DNA from: Octopus sinensis
Lineage: Eukaryota
DNA: 43,171 nt
Reading direction: 5' to 3'
NCBI RefSeq assembly: GCF_006345805.1
Contig: NW_021835004.1
Location: 1-43,171 of the forward strand
Below, in pieces: positions 29,456 through 42,125 of the stretch. The first letter of the stretch is position 1. Each line of letters begins with the position of its first letter. Below the pieces are notes generated by a model. That model made no database searches and had not been told where the DNA came from. It saw nothing but the letters and a program-made list of their open reading frames with translations. The translations under genes were made by a program, and so were the position numbers.

Positions 29456-29899
29456 AGAACCTCTATTCTTCCACCTTGCTTTCAAAGTGCGTGCTTACAC
29501 ACACACACGCACACGCACATACACACACATACACACACACACACACACACGCACACACACACGCACATGCATACACACATAAACACATGAAGTTGACATC
29601 TCTTTATTTCTGCGATCAATATCGAGATCGATGAGCATCATAAATGTTGAATTCTGGATATCGACCACAGAAACGTGCGTTACAGATGAGCTAAAGAAAC
29701 AATAACTTCTTGCTTCATGCTTTTCTTTCATACTTGGTGTGGTCTTCATACTACGCAACAGTTCTGTAATAATTGTTTGAAATCCATCAGGTCATGGGAT
29801 AGAAGCAGTTTAACGTGGATTCTGTCAAAAGCCGCAACCTATCCGGTAATTTTGTCATGCAGCTAGCACATCCATTTCCACTAATCTATCTATCTATCT

Positions 29900-29943
<44 letters not shown>

Positions 29944-29960
29944 CTATCTATCTATCTATC

Positions 29961-30021
<61 letters not shown>

Positions 30022-30049
30022 TATATATATATTATATATATATATACGA

Positions 30050-30326
30050 TAAACGTCACCCGTTTCCCGGTTTCTGTGGCGTATGCGCTCCCCCCAGCTG
30101 GATGGGACGCCTGTCCATCGCAGCGTTTCTCAAGAAACAGAAGAGAGAGTGAGAGAAAGTTAGGGCGAAAGAGTACAACAGGGATCGCCACCACCCCCTG
30201 CCGGACCTTCGTGGAGATCTTAGGTATTTTCGCTCAATAAACAAACACAACGCCTGGTCGGGGAATCGAAACCGCGATCCTCCGACCGCGAGTCCGCTGC
30301 CCTAACCACTGGGCCATTGCGCCTCC
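30050..30326 (-). mobile_element. SINE C copy, tail type 3
   Basis: Head and body as the other C copies; tail gctgcgatggacaggcgtcccatccagctggggg..cagaaaccgggaaac. Confidence 0.85.
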
Positions 30327-31234
30327 ACACACACACCTCTATTATATTCTCTATTTTTTGTCCTTTTTCTTTTTCTTTCTACCACTTTCAAACTTATCCC
30401 TCCCCCTACTACTCATGCTGTAATCACTTCCCTCTCCTTCACTCTCCTCTTTCCCCATCTCTCTCCTTATATCTCAACTACTGAATCCCTAACTTTTCTC
30501 TTTCTTCTTCTCCTTGTTCCGTCTCCACCACACCTTACTCTCACAGATACTCTCCACCTTCTCTCCCAGCAAACAGTTTCCGCTCAATTTAGGCTGAAAA
30601 CACCGGAGATTGTTAAGCTATAGTTTAGCAGAATTAGACACAGTTAATGTAGCGGAGTAGGAACAACAACAACAACAACAACAGCAGCGGCAGCAGCAGC
30701 AACAGCAGTAGCAGCAGCCGCAGCAGCAATGAAAGCAATAATAGTAGAAACAGCTAAATAGTTACGGTTATCACCACCGTAAATTCAACAATAACAAGAA
30801 CAAGAACAAGATTAGTAACAACAGCAATAACAACAATAATGATGATGACAATGGTGACGATGACAGTAAGAACGAAAGCATCTGTATGAAGTTACTCGAT
30901 CTGCTAGAAATAGCAGCCATACTTCTCTCAAGTCAAGGCCGCATCTGAAGTGGTAGAACAGGAAGGATACACAAGACAATGTAGTTTCTAAAAACACCGA
31001 ATGTAGGACGAGGTGGTCATTGTTGGAACGCTTGTGATCGTAGATTTGTTGCGTCTAAGTTCACCTGAGTTCAATCGGCACTAGCAACAACAGTAACAAA
31101 ACCAGCAGCAGTGAGTGATAAAAGCAGCATCAGTGATAAATGAAGCAGCAACAACAACAACAACAACAGCAACAACAAACATAACAAATATAAATTTTAA
31201 GGTTTCTGGTCATAAAAGTGCCAACTACTTATCA

Positions 31235-31271
<37 letters not shown>

Positions 31272-31384
31272 ACACACATGTATATAATACACTCACACAC
31301 ATGCACACACACACACGTATGTATACGTGAGTATGAGTGTGTGTGTGTGTGGTGTGTGTGTGTGTGTGTGTGTTCTTGCTAGTT

Positions 31385-31593
31385 TCAAATTTTGGCCCAA
31401 GGCCAATTTTCGGGTAAGTGGGAAAGTCGATTATATAGCTACCCCAGTACTCAACTGGTACTTATCTTATCGTTCCCGAAATATGAAAGCAAAGTCGACA
31501 TCGGCGACATTTGAACTCAGAACGTGAGGAGCCGGACGAAATGCCATTAAGCATTTTGCCCGGCGTGCTATCAATTCGGCCAGCTCGCAGGCT
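31385..31593 (-). mobile_element. SINE A copy
   Basis: gtactcaactggtactta..gcaaagtcgac..tttgaactcagaacg..ggcgtgcta. Confidence 0.75.
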
Positions 31594-31971
31594 TATGTAA
31601 GTAAGTATGTATGTATGTATGTATGTATGTATGTATGTATGTATGTATGTATGTATGTATGTATGTACGTAAGTATGTATGTATGCATGTATGTATGTAT
31701 CTATTTATCTAAAATTAAATAATAAGGGTAGAAATTGATATTGATTAATTAAAACCAGCGGCTTAGCATATTTAAAAAATCCGGAGATTAAAATTTGTTA
31801 ATAAATTGGCTGCTGAAATTTATTAACTGCAGAGTAATTTCCGGCCTCATCACGCCAAAGTGAAGACATTTGAATAATACATCCAAAAATAAACTGTAGA
31901 ACTTTATTCATGATCGATTTCGGTTGAGCGTTCTGTATCTAGATCTGGAAATTGTGTTTTGTAAGCGACAG

Positions 31972-32046
31972 ACTACACTGACGATCTTGCAGATATCTGC
32001 GTCTTTGCATACGTAGATATTAACAAATGAAACCATTGGTACGTAG
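31972..32046 (+). ncRNA. Hammerhead-like motif, intact core, degenerate helix II base
   Basis: CTACA-CTGACGA-(44 nt including a GCAGATATCTGC palindrome)-GAA-ACC(ATT)GGT-A-CGTAG; followed by a T-rich tail. Confidence 0.5.
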
Positions 32047-32214
32047 GTAATTGTTTTTTATTTCGTATATTTTCATTTGTCTTGCTTATTTTTACATTTT
32101 GGCGTTTTGCTGAGATTTATTTCTTGAGAAATACATTCTTCGTGGTAATGGCGATTTGACGTCTATGTTTAGCATATTAGGTGTCCACTTTAGTGGTCAT
32201 TCCTCTTAATTTTG

Positions 32215-32289
<75 letters not shown>

Positions 32290-32334
32290 TTATCTATCAT
32301 ATATTCTATTCATGTTTGTTTTTATGTTCAGTTA

Positions 32335-32465
32335 CAATGGTTTCAAATTTTGCCACAAGGGTAGCCATTTTGAAGAAAGGGATGAATCGATTATATTGAC
32401 TACAGTGTTCAACTGGTACTTATTTTATCGACCCCGAAAGAATGAAAGGCAAAGTCGACCTCGAC
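32335..32465 (-). mobile_element. SINE A 3' part
   Basis: tcaactggtacttattttatcgaccccgaaagaatgaaaggcaaagtcgacctc. Confidence 0.75.
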
Positions 32466-32585
32466 TTCAGTTGTAATAAAAACAAATTTTACTTTTATCT
32501 GATGGTTTACTCAACACTTTTGTAGAGTACACATTTATTATTCGTAAACCAGAATGTTCTTGACGGCTGAGCCATCGTCGGACTA

Positions 32586-32629
<44 letters not shown>

Positions 32630-32729
32630 GCATACACATAATGTACTGTGTCGTGATAGAAAATTCAAGGAAAAAAGTACTCCATCTAGTGAATATTACT
32701 TGTTCAAAGGGCACAATACATGTATTTAA

Positions 32730-32783
32730 GCGCTACTAATAGTTTCATATGTTGATAAATACTCAAAAATATTCTTCAGGTGC
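32730..32783 (-). ncRNA. Type I hammerhead motif, intact core
   Basis: GCAC-CTGAAGA-ATATTTTTGA(GTATTTA)TCAACATAT-GAA-ACTA(T)TAGT-A-GCGC; helix I 3/4, helix II 8 bp with an internal loop. Confidence 0.65.
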
Positions 32784-32809
32784 AAACTACATATGACGAA
32801 CTAAAAAGA

Positions 32810-33228
32810 TAGGCGTAGGAGTGGCTGTGTGGTAAGTAGCTTGCTTACCAACCACATGGTTCCAGGTTCAGTCCCACTGCGTGGCATGTTGGGCAAGTGT
32901 TTTCTACTATAGCCTCGGGCCGACCAAAGCCTTCTGAGTGGATTTGGTCGATGGAAACTGAAAGAAGCCTGTCGTATATATGTATATATATGTATGTGCA
33001 TGTGTGTGTATATATTTGTGTGTCTATGTTTGTCCCCCTAACATCGCTTGACAATCAATGCTGGTGTGTTTACGTCCCCGTAACTTAGCGTTTCGACAAA
33101 AGAGACCGATAGAATAAGTACTAGGCTTACAAAGAATAAGTCCTGGGGTCCATTTGCTCGACTAAAGGCGGTGCTCCAGCATGGCCGCAGTCAAATGACT
33201 GAAACAAGTAAAAAAGTAAAAAAGAGTA
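32810..33228 (+). mobile_element. Full-length SINE B
   Basis: aggcgtaggagtggctgtgtggtaag..ggttcagtccc..ggcggtgctccagcatggccgcagtcaaatgactgaaac. Confidence 0.9.
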
Positions 33229-33382
33229 ATAGAAGAAATACGAAAAAAACCTGAGAAGAAAGCATATAGAAAACACAGAAAGTAAAAAACGGAAAACGAA
33301 AACGCAAAAACTAAAGTGTAAAAAATAAAAAGTATAAAGGTAAAAGAGCTATCCTCCTTAGACCTTAAATGATAAGGTTTGA

Positions 33383-33434
33383 ATGATAACAAGTTTCTCA
33401 GGAATAGGCGGAATTTTCCAATTCTTCAGAATAT
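33383..33434 (-). ncRNA. Degenerate hammerhead motif just downstream of the PLE GIY-YIG stop
   Basis: ATATT-CTGAAGA-A-TTGGAA(11)TTCCTGA-GAA-ACTTGT-T-ATCAT; core intact, helix I only 3/5. Confidence 0.5.
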
Positions 33435-33754
33435 TAAAGACTACGCCGGTTACGACGACGAGGGTCCCAGCTGATACGATCAACGGAACAGCTTGCTCGT
33501 GAAATTAACGTGCAAATGGCTGAGCATTCCACAGACACGTGTACCCTTAACGTAGTTCTCGGGGATAATCAGCGTGACACAGAGAGTGACAAGGCTGACC
33601 CTTTGAAATACAAGTACAACTCATTTTTGCCAGCTGAGTGGACTGGAGCAACGTGAAATAAAGTGTCTTGCTCAAGGACACAACGCGTCGCCGGGAATCG
33701 AACTCACAACCTTACGATCATGAGCCCTAACCACTAAGCCACGCGCCCTCACAC
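33435..33754 (-). mobile_element. SINE D copy with 12-bp TSD inserted in the PLE 3' region
   Basis: TCTTCAGAATAT at 33423-33434 and 33755-33766; A/B boxes; core shared with the 9749 copy, different tail. Confidence 0.85.
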
Positions 33755-35532
33755 TCTTCAGAATATAATTATACATATACATGCAACCACTGAAAATTTC
33801 TGATCTGGAGTTCGACAGAGAGTTCGGGATCTTTGATCTGAATAGGATCTGCGCTCTTTCAGCTTAACAAAGCCTACTTTATTCGATCCAATCCCATAAG
33901 GTATGGATTTCTCAATTGTTTTCCATTTAATCACATGCGGCGTTTCATTATCGCAGCTAATCAACTAAGTAGCTTTACTTTTGTCACAATGTCGGAAGGA
34001 GCTTCTGTAATTGGCATAACGACTTTTAAATACACCTTCCCATAATCCAATACAGGTCTTCTTATCAGTTGTATTATTATTTAGGGTTGCAGTAACTTCT
34101 GCCTCATATATAATAGATTTAGTCATACATCGTTGGTCAAGTGGACAGGATCCTTGGCCGCGACAATTGCAACTGGATTTAAGCTCTTGGTGTTGACCAC
34201 GTGTAATGATACTCTTCATATAGGGGCAGCAGCTATATGATAATTTCACAGAACGCCCGCCTATTAAATATTTTCCTGTATCTGTGAGTGGTTGGAAAAT
34301 GCTTGTCTTGGAATGACAGGAATCTTTTACCAATGTTAGTTTTTATATTAAGGGAAAAGGGAGGAGCGAACCAAATAATTTTCCCTGGCCTATTTTTAGA
34401 TTTCTTCTTATAATGATTAATACTGGAGGGGTTGTGTATTACGTTATCTTTGATGCCACTAGATCTATTAATATTTTGATTATTATTAGAGGAATTATAT
34501 ATTAATGTATCTTTGAAGCCACTATTGGCTAGGGCCTTGTTACAATAGGGAACAGCTTTCTCGAAATTTTCTTTAGAAGAAGAGAGGTTACACTGTTACT
34601 AACACTAGCTGTCAGGTTTTTAACTATTACAGGAGCGTGATAAGATTGTTTATATATATATGCGAGATTCTTATTAGGCTTATGGGAAGGTTTATACGAG
34701 GAGAAGTTTAGATCTGGCGAAAGATCTAAATAATCAACTATAGAGAGATTAGTAGCTACTGTAATGTTAAGTCCTAATGGATTAAATGTAAAACCATCAG
34801 ACCCACGGGAAATACCCAAACCGTCGTCACGGTATAGGCCAACGTCTTGAGATAGGTATCTATATCTCAATGTGTTTAATATAAATAAACCCACAAGATC
34901 ACAGACGTCAGCACTATCGTATGTAGATAGTTAAACACTACGTGATCTGAAACTGGGAAAGTAGCTAAAAAATAGTTAGAAACATCAGCAATAGAATTAG
35001 GGAAATTACTGGGTTTCAACAATGGAATAACAGTTTTATTGTAATAGACTGGTTTAAGAATATTAAGGATAAAAATAAGACTAAATTTACCCAGTTTGAT
35101 ATTATAGACTTTTATCCCTCTATATCTAGATCGCTGTTCGATAAGGCTATTGAATTTGCTAAATCATATGTTGATGTTGACCCTATAGACTTAGATTTTA
35201 TCAGGCATGTGAGAAAAACACTATTGTTCAATAAAGGATTCGCATGGGCAAAAAAGTCACATATGATTAACTATTTGATGTATCTATGGAGGTCATATAA
35301 CAGTGCTCACGTCTGTGATATGTGGGTTTATTTGTAGATTCTGCAAATAGGATTATCACGAAAATTAGTCTTATGGTCTTTTAAAGTAACAAGCGCCTCT
35401 CTCTTAGCTAAGATTTCTAATCTATCATCTATAATACTACGTTTAGCAAGGAATTTAGCTTCATCATTAATTAATATCATAATATTAAATAAAAGCAGCA
35501 GTAGTATTTTAAATATTGTTAATTATATGTAC

Positions 35533-35736
35533 TTAATGTATATGCTTTGCGTATCTTCCGGTGGCTACAGTAGCGTGGTGGAGTATATATATATACTCTC
35601 AAACCGCTGGGTGTAGAATATCTCAAACATGGACCGCCTATCCATGTTTGAGATGTACTCACCTAGTGGTTTGAGAGTATATATATCCCGTCACGCTATT
35701 GCAGCTACCGGAAAATACACAAAGCATGTACGTTAA
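35533..35736. mobile_element. ~200-bp palindromic fold-back (MITE-like) element flanked by TTAA
   Basis: ~95-bp arms around a ccgccta loop; TTAA at 35533-35536 and 35733-35736. Confidence 0.75.
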
Positions 35737-35789
35737 GCACGTGCATTTAACAACAACAACAATGATAATAATAATAATGATAATAACAT

Positions 35790-36062
35790 CAACAACATAT
35801 AGATTCTTTTACTTATTTCAGTCATTTGACTGGGGCCATCCTGGAGCACCGCCTTAAAGGGTTTTAGTCGAACAAATCGACTCCAGGACTTATTCATTGT
35901 AAGCTTAGTACATATTCTATCGAGCTCTTTTGCCGGACCGCTACGTAACGGAGACATTAACACAACAGTATTTGTTGTGTTACAAACACACACTCACAAA
36001 TTAATATATATAAATATACATATATGCATACATATATACATAAACACACAGATATATATATA

Positions 36063-36119
<57 letters not shown>

Positions 36120-36195
36120 TATATGCAACGGGCTTCTTTCAGTTTCCATCCGCCAAATCCACTCACAAAACTTTGGTCTGCTTGAAGCTATACTA
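35790..36195 (-). mobile_element. SINE B copy, 5'-truncated
   Basis: atttcagtcatttgactggggccatcctggagcaccgcc..gcttctttcagtttcc. Confidence 0.8.
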
Positions 36196-36199
36196 GAAG

Positions 36200-36450
36200 G
36201 ACAGACAAACGGATCAAGTCGATTACACATGTCTTTACTACCCACAAAGGGCTACACACAAAGGGGACAAACAAGGCAAACAGATTAAGTCGATTACATC
36301 GACCCCAGTGCGTAACTGGTACTTATTTTAACGATCCCGAAAGGATGAAAGGCAAAGTCAACCTCGGAGGAATTTGAACTCAGAACGTAGCGGCAGAAAA
36401 AATACCGCTAAGCATGTCGCCCGATGTGCTAACGTTTCTGCCAGCTTGAC
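36200..36450 (-). mobile_element. SINE A (A2 tail) plus an extra tail fragment
   Basis: tctttactacccacaaagggct..gtcgattacatcgaccccag..gaatttgaactcagaacg. Confidence 0.8.
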
Positions 36451-36732
36451 GTCTTTGCTGTTGTAAATATTAAACCCATTTGTATTCCCCTCCCCCTTTT
36501 ATTTTTACATAAATACATACATACTTACGTATAATACACACACACACACTGCCCCCCCCCACAGATTTATCATCGTAGCGCGGATATTTTTCTCAGACCG
36601 TTGGAACTTAGAAGTGATTCATTCCGGTTAATATTAAGTACCAGTAATATATTAGGTTAATTGGTTAATCGTATGTTATGAACACTATGACTCAGCAACT
36701 GAACTCTACAGGAACCTCAACAACAACAACAG

Positions 36733-36763
<31 letters not shown>

Positions 36764-36789
36764 AACAAAGGGGTTCTTTTTCTTTTGCT

Positions 36790-37103
36790 TCATTCATATA
36801 TAAATGTCTGTGTGTATGTATGTGAATATGTGTCTATGTATGTGTTCGCATCTGCGCGTATATATATATATATAAGTATGCCTGATGTATTTGCGTGGTT
36901 GTATACGCATGAGAGTAAGTCTTAATATATATATTAACGTAACGTATGTGTGTGAGTGTGTATGCGTGTGTGTATGTATCTATCAATCTGTCTATTTATA
37001 GATAGCTATAATTATATATGTGTATATATGTATACATTCGTACACGCATACATACATAATATATATATATATATATATATAATATATATACATGCATACA
37101 TAC

Positions 37104-37134
<31 letters not shown>

Positions 37135-37152
37135 TATATAGACATATGCATA

Positions 37153-37184
<32 letters not shown>

Positions 37185-37430
37185 CATACATACATATATA
37201 TATAAATTATATATATATATATATATATATACATATATATTACACACACACAAACATCCATACGCACGCACACACAATCATACATACGTTCGTACATACA
37301 CACACAGATATATATTGAATTATGTGTACGAACAAATGGGAATGTTTATGCATGTAAGTATATGTGTGTGCGTGCGTATGTGCCTACGTACTCGTGTGTA
37401 TATGGGTGTATATGTGTGTATATATTTGTG
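36790..37430. repeat. (TA)n/(TG)n/(CA)n compound microsatellite
   Basis: Directly visible. Confidence 0.95.
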
Positions 37431-37722
37431 TATGCTGTCATCAGGCCATAAAAACTATTATTATTCATATTACTTCATACTTGAGCAACTTTCTATAAAC
37501 CGATGTTGTTATTTGCTATGTTTAAACAGACAGACAAAGCTAATATTTCACGCTGTCTGCTCAAAATGAAAAGCTTTGTCACTTTTCAACAAAACTTTTT
37601 TTTCTTAATTCAGTCGCTCCCTGTCAGCTACAATAAATACGGGGACAGCGAGTCAGTTTGTGTACTGCTTTAATTTCAAAAGCCCTTCGTCCGATCTCCG
37701 AAGTTAAATCAACTAACATCGA

Positions 37723-38760
37723 AAGGCGTTGAGCTGGCAGAATCGTTTCCGCGCCGGCCGAAACGCCTAGCGACATTTCATCTGTCTTTTTAGTTGTGAC
37801 TGGTCAAATTCCGTCGAGGCAGGCGTTGCCTTTCATCTCTTCGGGGTCGATAAATTAAGTACCAGTTACGCACTGGGATCACTGTAATCGACTTAATCCC
37901 TTTGTCTGTCCTTGTTTGTCCCCTCTATGTTTAGCCCCTTGTGGGCAATAAAGAAATAAGAATCGTTTCCGCGCCGGCCGAAACGCCTAGCGACATTTCA
38001 TCTGTCTTTTTAGTTGTGACTGTTCAAATTCCGTCGAGGCAGGCGTTGCCTTTCATCTCTTCGGGGTCGATAAATTAAGTACCAGTTACGCACTGGGATC
38101 ACTGTAATCGACTTAATCCCTTTGTCTGTCCTTGTTTGTCCCCTCTATGTTTAGCCCCTTGTGGGCAATAAAGAAATAAGAATCGTTTCCGCGCCGGCCG
38201 AAACGCCTAGCGACATTTCATCTGTCTTTTTAGTTGTGACTGTTCAAATTCCGTCGAGGCAGGCGTTGCCTTTCATCTCTTCGGGGTCGATAAATTAAGT
38301 ACCAGTTACGCACTGGGATCACTGTAATCGACTTAATCCCTTTGTCTGTCCTTGTTTGTCCCCTCTATGTTTAGCCCCTTGTGGGCAATAAAGAAATAAG
38401 AATCGTTTCCGCGCCGGCCGAAACGCCTAGCGACATTTCATCTGTCTTTTTAGTTGTGTCTGTTCAAATTCCGTCGAGGCAGGCGTTGCCTTTCATCTCT
38501 TCGGGGTCGATAAATTAAGTACCAGTTACGCACTGGTATCACTGTAATCGACTTAATCCCTTTGTCTGTCTTTGTTTGTCCCCTCTATGTTTAGCCCCTT
38601 GTGGGCAATAAAGAAATAAGAATCGTTTCCGCGCCGGCCGAAACGCCTAGCGACATTTCATCTGTCTTTTTAGTTGTGACTGTTCAAATTCCGTCGGGGT
38701 CGATAAAAATATGTGCCATATGTTAACTGGAGTCGATGTAATCGACTGGGACCCCTCCCT
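37723..38760 (+). repeat. Tandem array of a 220-bp SINE A-derived unit (4 full units plus a partial)
   Basis: Units start aatcgtttccgcgcc at 37741, 37961, 38181, 38401 and 38621; nearly identical. Confidence 0.95.
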
Positions 38761-39600
38761 GAAATTGCTGGCTTTGTGTGCGTCGGACAAACTGCTTAGC
38801 CGCATTTCGTCTGCCTTTACGTTCTGACTTCAGATTCCGCCGAGGGCGGCTTTGCCTTTCATCTTTTCGGGGTCGATAAAAATATGTACCAGTTGTGCAC
38901 TGGGGTCGATGTAATCTAATTTGCTGGCCTTGTGCCTAAATTTGAAATCAAAATTAAGTATTGTGAAAAGGCTGTGAGCTGGAAGAACTGTTAGCGCGTC
39001 GTACAAAACGTTCTGACTTCAGGCTTTGCCTTTCATCTTTTCGGGGGTCGACAAAATATGTACCAGTTGTGCACTGGAGTCGATGTAATCTACCAGCGCC
39101 CTCCGCCGAAGTTGCTGGCCTTGTGTCTAAAATTGAAATCCAAATTAAGTATTGTGAAAAAGCTATGAGCTGGAACAACTGTTAGTGCGTCGGACAAAAT
39201 GCTTAATCGTATTTCGTCCGTTTTTACGTTCTGAATTCAAATTCCACCGAGGTCGATTTTGTCTTTCATCCTTTAAGGATAAAATAAATACCAGTCATAT
39301 TCTGAGGTCGATGTAATCGGTTTACTCCTTCTTCCGAAATTGCTGGCCTGGGCTAAAAAATGTTCAGATCATATTAAGAAAAATCGAAAGGTGGCGAGTT
39401 AGCTGAAACATTAGCGCGTCGAACAAAATGTTTGGCGGCATTTTATCTCGTCCTTTACGAACTGAGTTCACATTCCGCTTGGGTTACTTTGTCTTTCATC
39501 CTTTCTGGCTCGACTAAGTAAAGTACCAGTCATGTAGTGAGGTTGATGTAATTGATCTGCCCCTTCCTTCAAAATTGTCGGCCTTATGCCAAAATTAGAA
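38760..39600 (+). mobile_element. Four more diverged head-to-tail SINE A copies
   Basis: Repeated ctttgcctttcatc..gtcgatgtaatc..gctggcc; two copies share the spacer aattaagtattgtgaaaa.gct.tgagctgg. Confidence 0.75.
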
Positions 39601-40621
39601 TAATTAACGTCGACCCTAATTAGTTGATGATATTGTTGTTTATACCCTAAGAGTTCTAATCGATCAGAATTACGATCGGAGACGTTCCATCCATAACCAT
39701 CCAGTCGATTTTCTAGACCTCAGTACTCTCAATACTCTGAGGATTCGTTAAGTTTCATTTAGGCAAGTGTCTTCTACTATAGCCCTGGGCTGACCAATGA
39801 TAATAATAAATAGTTTCAGTTGACTTACTAAATATATTTGATAACCAAAATAATAATAACTATAGTATTGTATAGTTTATAAATAGTATTCTTATTACAA
39901 CAGTATTGTTTGTTACTTCTGAAAGTATTGATAGAGTTTGGATATGCACTATGTATGGTCCTTCATTTTGTAAATAATAGTATTGATTAGTTCATAGAGA
40001 ACGGTCCTTATTTCTTGTTTAGTTTACATTAATGATTTCTATCGATTCAATAAATTCTCCCTTCCATAATATACGAATAACAATCATTATTTAAGTAACT
40101 TCAAATCTAGTTATCCCTAAAAAATTAGTAAAATTGGTTTCCATTACTATAGCCTAAATATACATCTATGGGTTAGTTTGGTTATCTTATTTATAGCCTT
40201 AAGTCTACATTAAGGTTTATTACGCAATTCTCCCTACGATAAATTAGGTAAACATGGAAAATTTTTATTAGGTTTCTATTCATGTCTACTACGGAATTAT
40301 CCCTCCGAGAAAACAATAGATATAGAAGTTTATTATTAGTTAATTTAAGCAATAATCTTTTTTTATATTCCGTTGTGTCTGGGGAGAGTCATTTTCTTTT
40401 TGTGCCTTAAAATATAACACACACACCGGTAAAAATTTCCACTTATTTCTTATTTTTATTCGCCTAAAATTTTCGTTGTGTCTTGCAACTTTTTCAGTTG
40501 TCTTGACTCTGTTTTTTATATCAATTAATTTCAATAAATAGAAGGGTTGTTGTATTGAAAATGTAATTGTTTATATATTTTTGTTGCAGTTATAGGGGAA
40601 CACTTAGATACTTAATTACAA

Positions 40622-40662
<41 letters not shown>

Positions 40663-40864
40663 CACACACATACACACACACATATATATACACCTATCTA
40701 ATTGTTGTATGTTGTGGTGACAAGGGACTATCTTGGACTTGAAAGGGCTTCGATTGGTATGTGGGTATGTGTTTGTGATGCAATGATGTGAATTTCGATG
40801 GTGGTGGATTGTATGTATGTATGTATGTATGTATGTATGTATCTATGTATGTATGTATGTATGT

Positions 40865-41070
40865 ATATATATAAAGTTAATCCAAACGCCAAAGAGAAAA
40901 CACAACAACGCGAGGACGTGGAACAAGTATAGTGTTATTGGACGCTCAGGAAAGAAGGAAAGAAGGAGGGTTTAACGTTTCGAGCGGAGCTCTTCATCAG
41001 AAACATAGGAAAAGGAAAGATCCAGAGAAGGGAAGACGGAGGAAAAAAATCGCCAACGGTACACACGCGG

Positions 41071-41075
<5 letters not shown>
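40865..41075 (-). mobile_element. ~200-bp non-coding element containing a hammerhead, between (CA)n and (TA)n
   Basis: Pyrimidine-rich flanks; shares cctgagcgt and overall layout with 41672-41860. Confidence 0.6.
40970..41004 (-). ncRNA. Minimal type I hammerhead motif with an extra A after A9
   Basis: GTTT-CTGATGA-A-GAGC(TCC)GCTC-GAA-ACGT-T-AAAC; all helices paired, zero-loop palindromic helix III. Confidence 0.7.
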
Positions 41076-41109
<34 letters not shown>

Positions 41110-41429
41110 ATTTTTATAAGTGTATGTTCCTTAGAGTAGAATCGAACGCGAAACTATTTGGCTGGATATCAAATTACTTCGACATTCAGTGGTACCTGGG
41201 AAATATAAAACAAATATTGAGGGAACATAGAAAACATAACTCCGACCTATGGAACCGCTACCTGGCAGGTTAATTATTATAATTATATTATCAAATGATT
41301 TTATTATGTTAAGTAGATTAAGCATCTGGCGGGAATTATTTATGGCTTAATTTCTATTAAGTAACTCACTGTTCATTGTAAGCAAGGATTGTCATAGTGT
41401 GAAAAGAATCCCTAGTCAGATTCCCATTC

Positions 41430-41611
41430 AGGTGCAGGCGTGGCTGAGTGGTAAGAAGTTTGCTTCCCAACCACATGATTCCGGGTTCAGTCCCACTGTG
41501 TGACACCTTAGGTAAGTGTCTTCTACTATTACCTCGGACCAACCAAAGCACTGAGTGGATTTGGCAGACGGAAACTGAAAGAAGCCCGTTGTATGTATAT
41601 ACATACATATA

Positions 41612-41659
<48 letters not shown>

Positions 41660-42125
41660 CATCGCCATGATACATCGTTAGCCACTACACATTTTTTCTC
41701 TCCTTGTTTCCCTCCTTGTTTTTTTCTGTGTCCCTTTCTGTAGAAGAGCGTAGGCTCCAAACAAAAGACTTTTTCTAATCCTGAGCGTTATACTAATACA
41801 TCTGCTTGTTTTGTACACCACCTGTCTTCGTCTTTTGTATTTTTCGTAAACTCTCCCTATATATATATATATATACACACATTTATGTGTATGTGTGTGT
41901 GTGTCTTTGCGTTTGTGTTTGTCCTCTACAACCGCTTGGCAATTGGTGTTGGCGTGTTTACACACCCGTTACTTAGCGGTTCAGCGAAAGAGACTGATAG
42001 AATAAGTACCTGACTAAAAAAAAAAAAAAGAAAAAAACCTAGGGTCGATTCTTTCGATGAAAATTCTGCAAGATGGTGAAGCCAGCGTAGCCACAATCTA
42101 ATGACTGAAACAAACAAAAGATGAA
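41430..42125 (+). mobile_element. SINE B split by the hammerhead-bearing element in its internal (TA)n
   Basis: 5' half 41430-41600, 3' half 41880-42125. Confidence 0.8.
41672..41860 (+). mobile_element. ~190-bp element with degenerate hammerhead-like motif (41734-41767)
   Basis: CTTT-CTGTAGA-A-GAGC(GTAG)GCTC-CAA-AC-A-AAAG; homolog of 1505-1700; (TA)n on both sides. Confidence 0.6.

Larger units (their letters stand above)
33240..35520 (-). mobile_element. Decayed Penelope-like element (RT + GIY-YIG, Naiad-like C-x-C-x5-C-x5-C linker) with internal inversion
   Basis: VTLKDHKTNFRDNPICR (minus, ~35340-35480); WFKNIKDK..QFDIIDFYPSI (plus, inverted); VCDLVGLF..GLYRDDGL..DYLDL; CNCRGQGSCPLDQRC..IIYEAEV..CIGLWEGVFKSRY..RSEIFS. 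Confidence 0.85.

Noticed and set aside
37741-38700. CRISPR-like or tRNA gene array
   Set aside because: Units are 220 bp with no unique spacers, and the tRNA-like part is a decayed SINE head
39780-40330. Very AT-rich stretch that might be an old PLE remnant
   Set aside because: No interpretable motif in translation
40458-40505. CTGAAAA-A-GTTG..CAAC-GAAAATTTT hammerhead-like pattern (minus)
   Set aside because: C3-A8 mismatch and no helix I; possibly a decayed member but unsupported
41258-41268. TACCTGGCAGG resembling the U1 5' end
   Set aside because: Only 11 nt; compatible with chance
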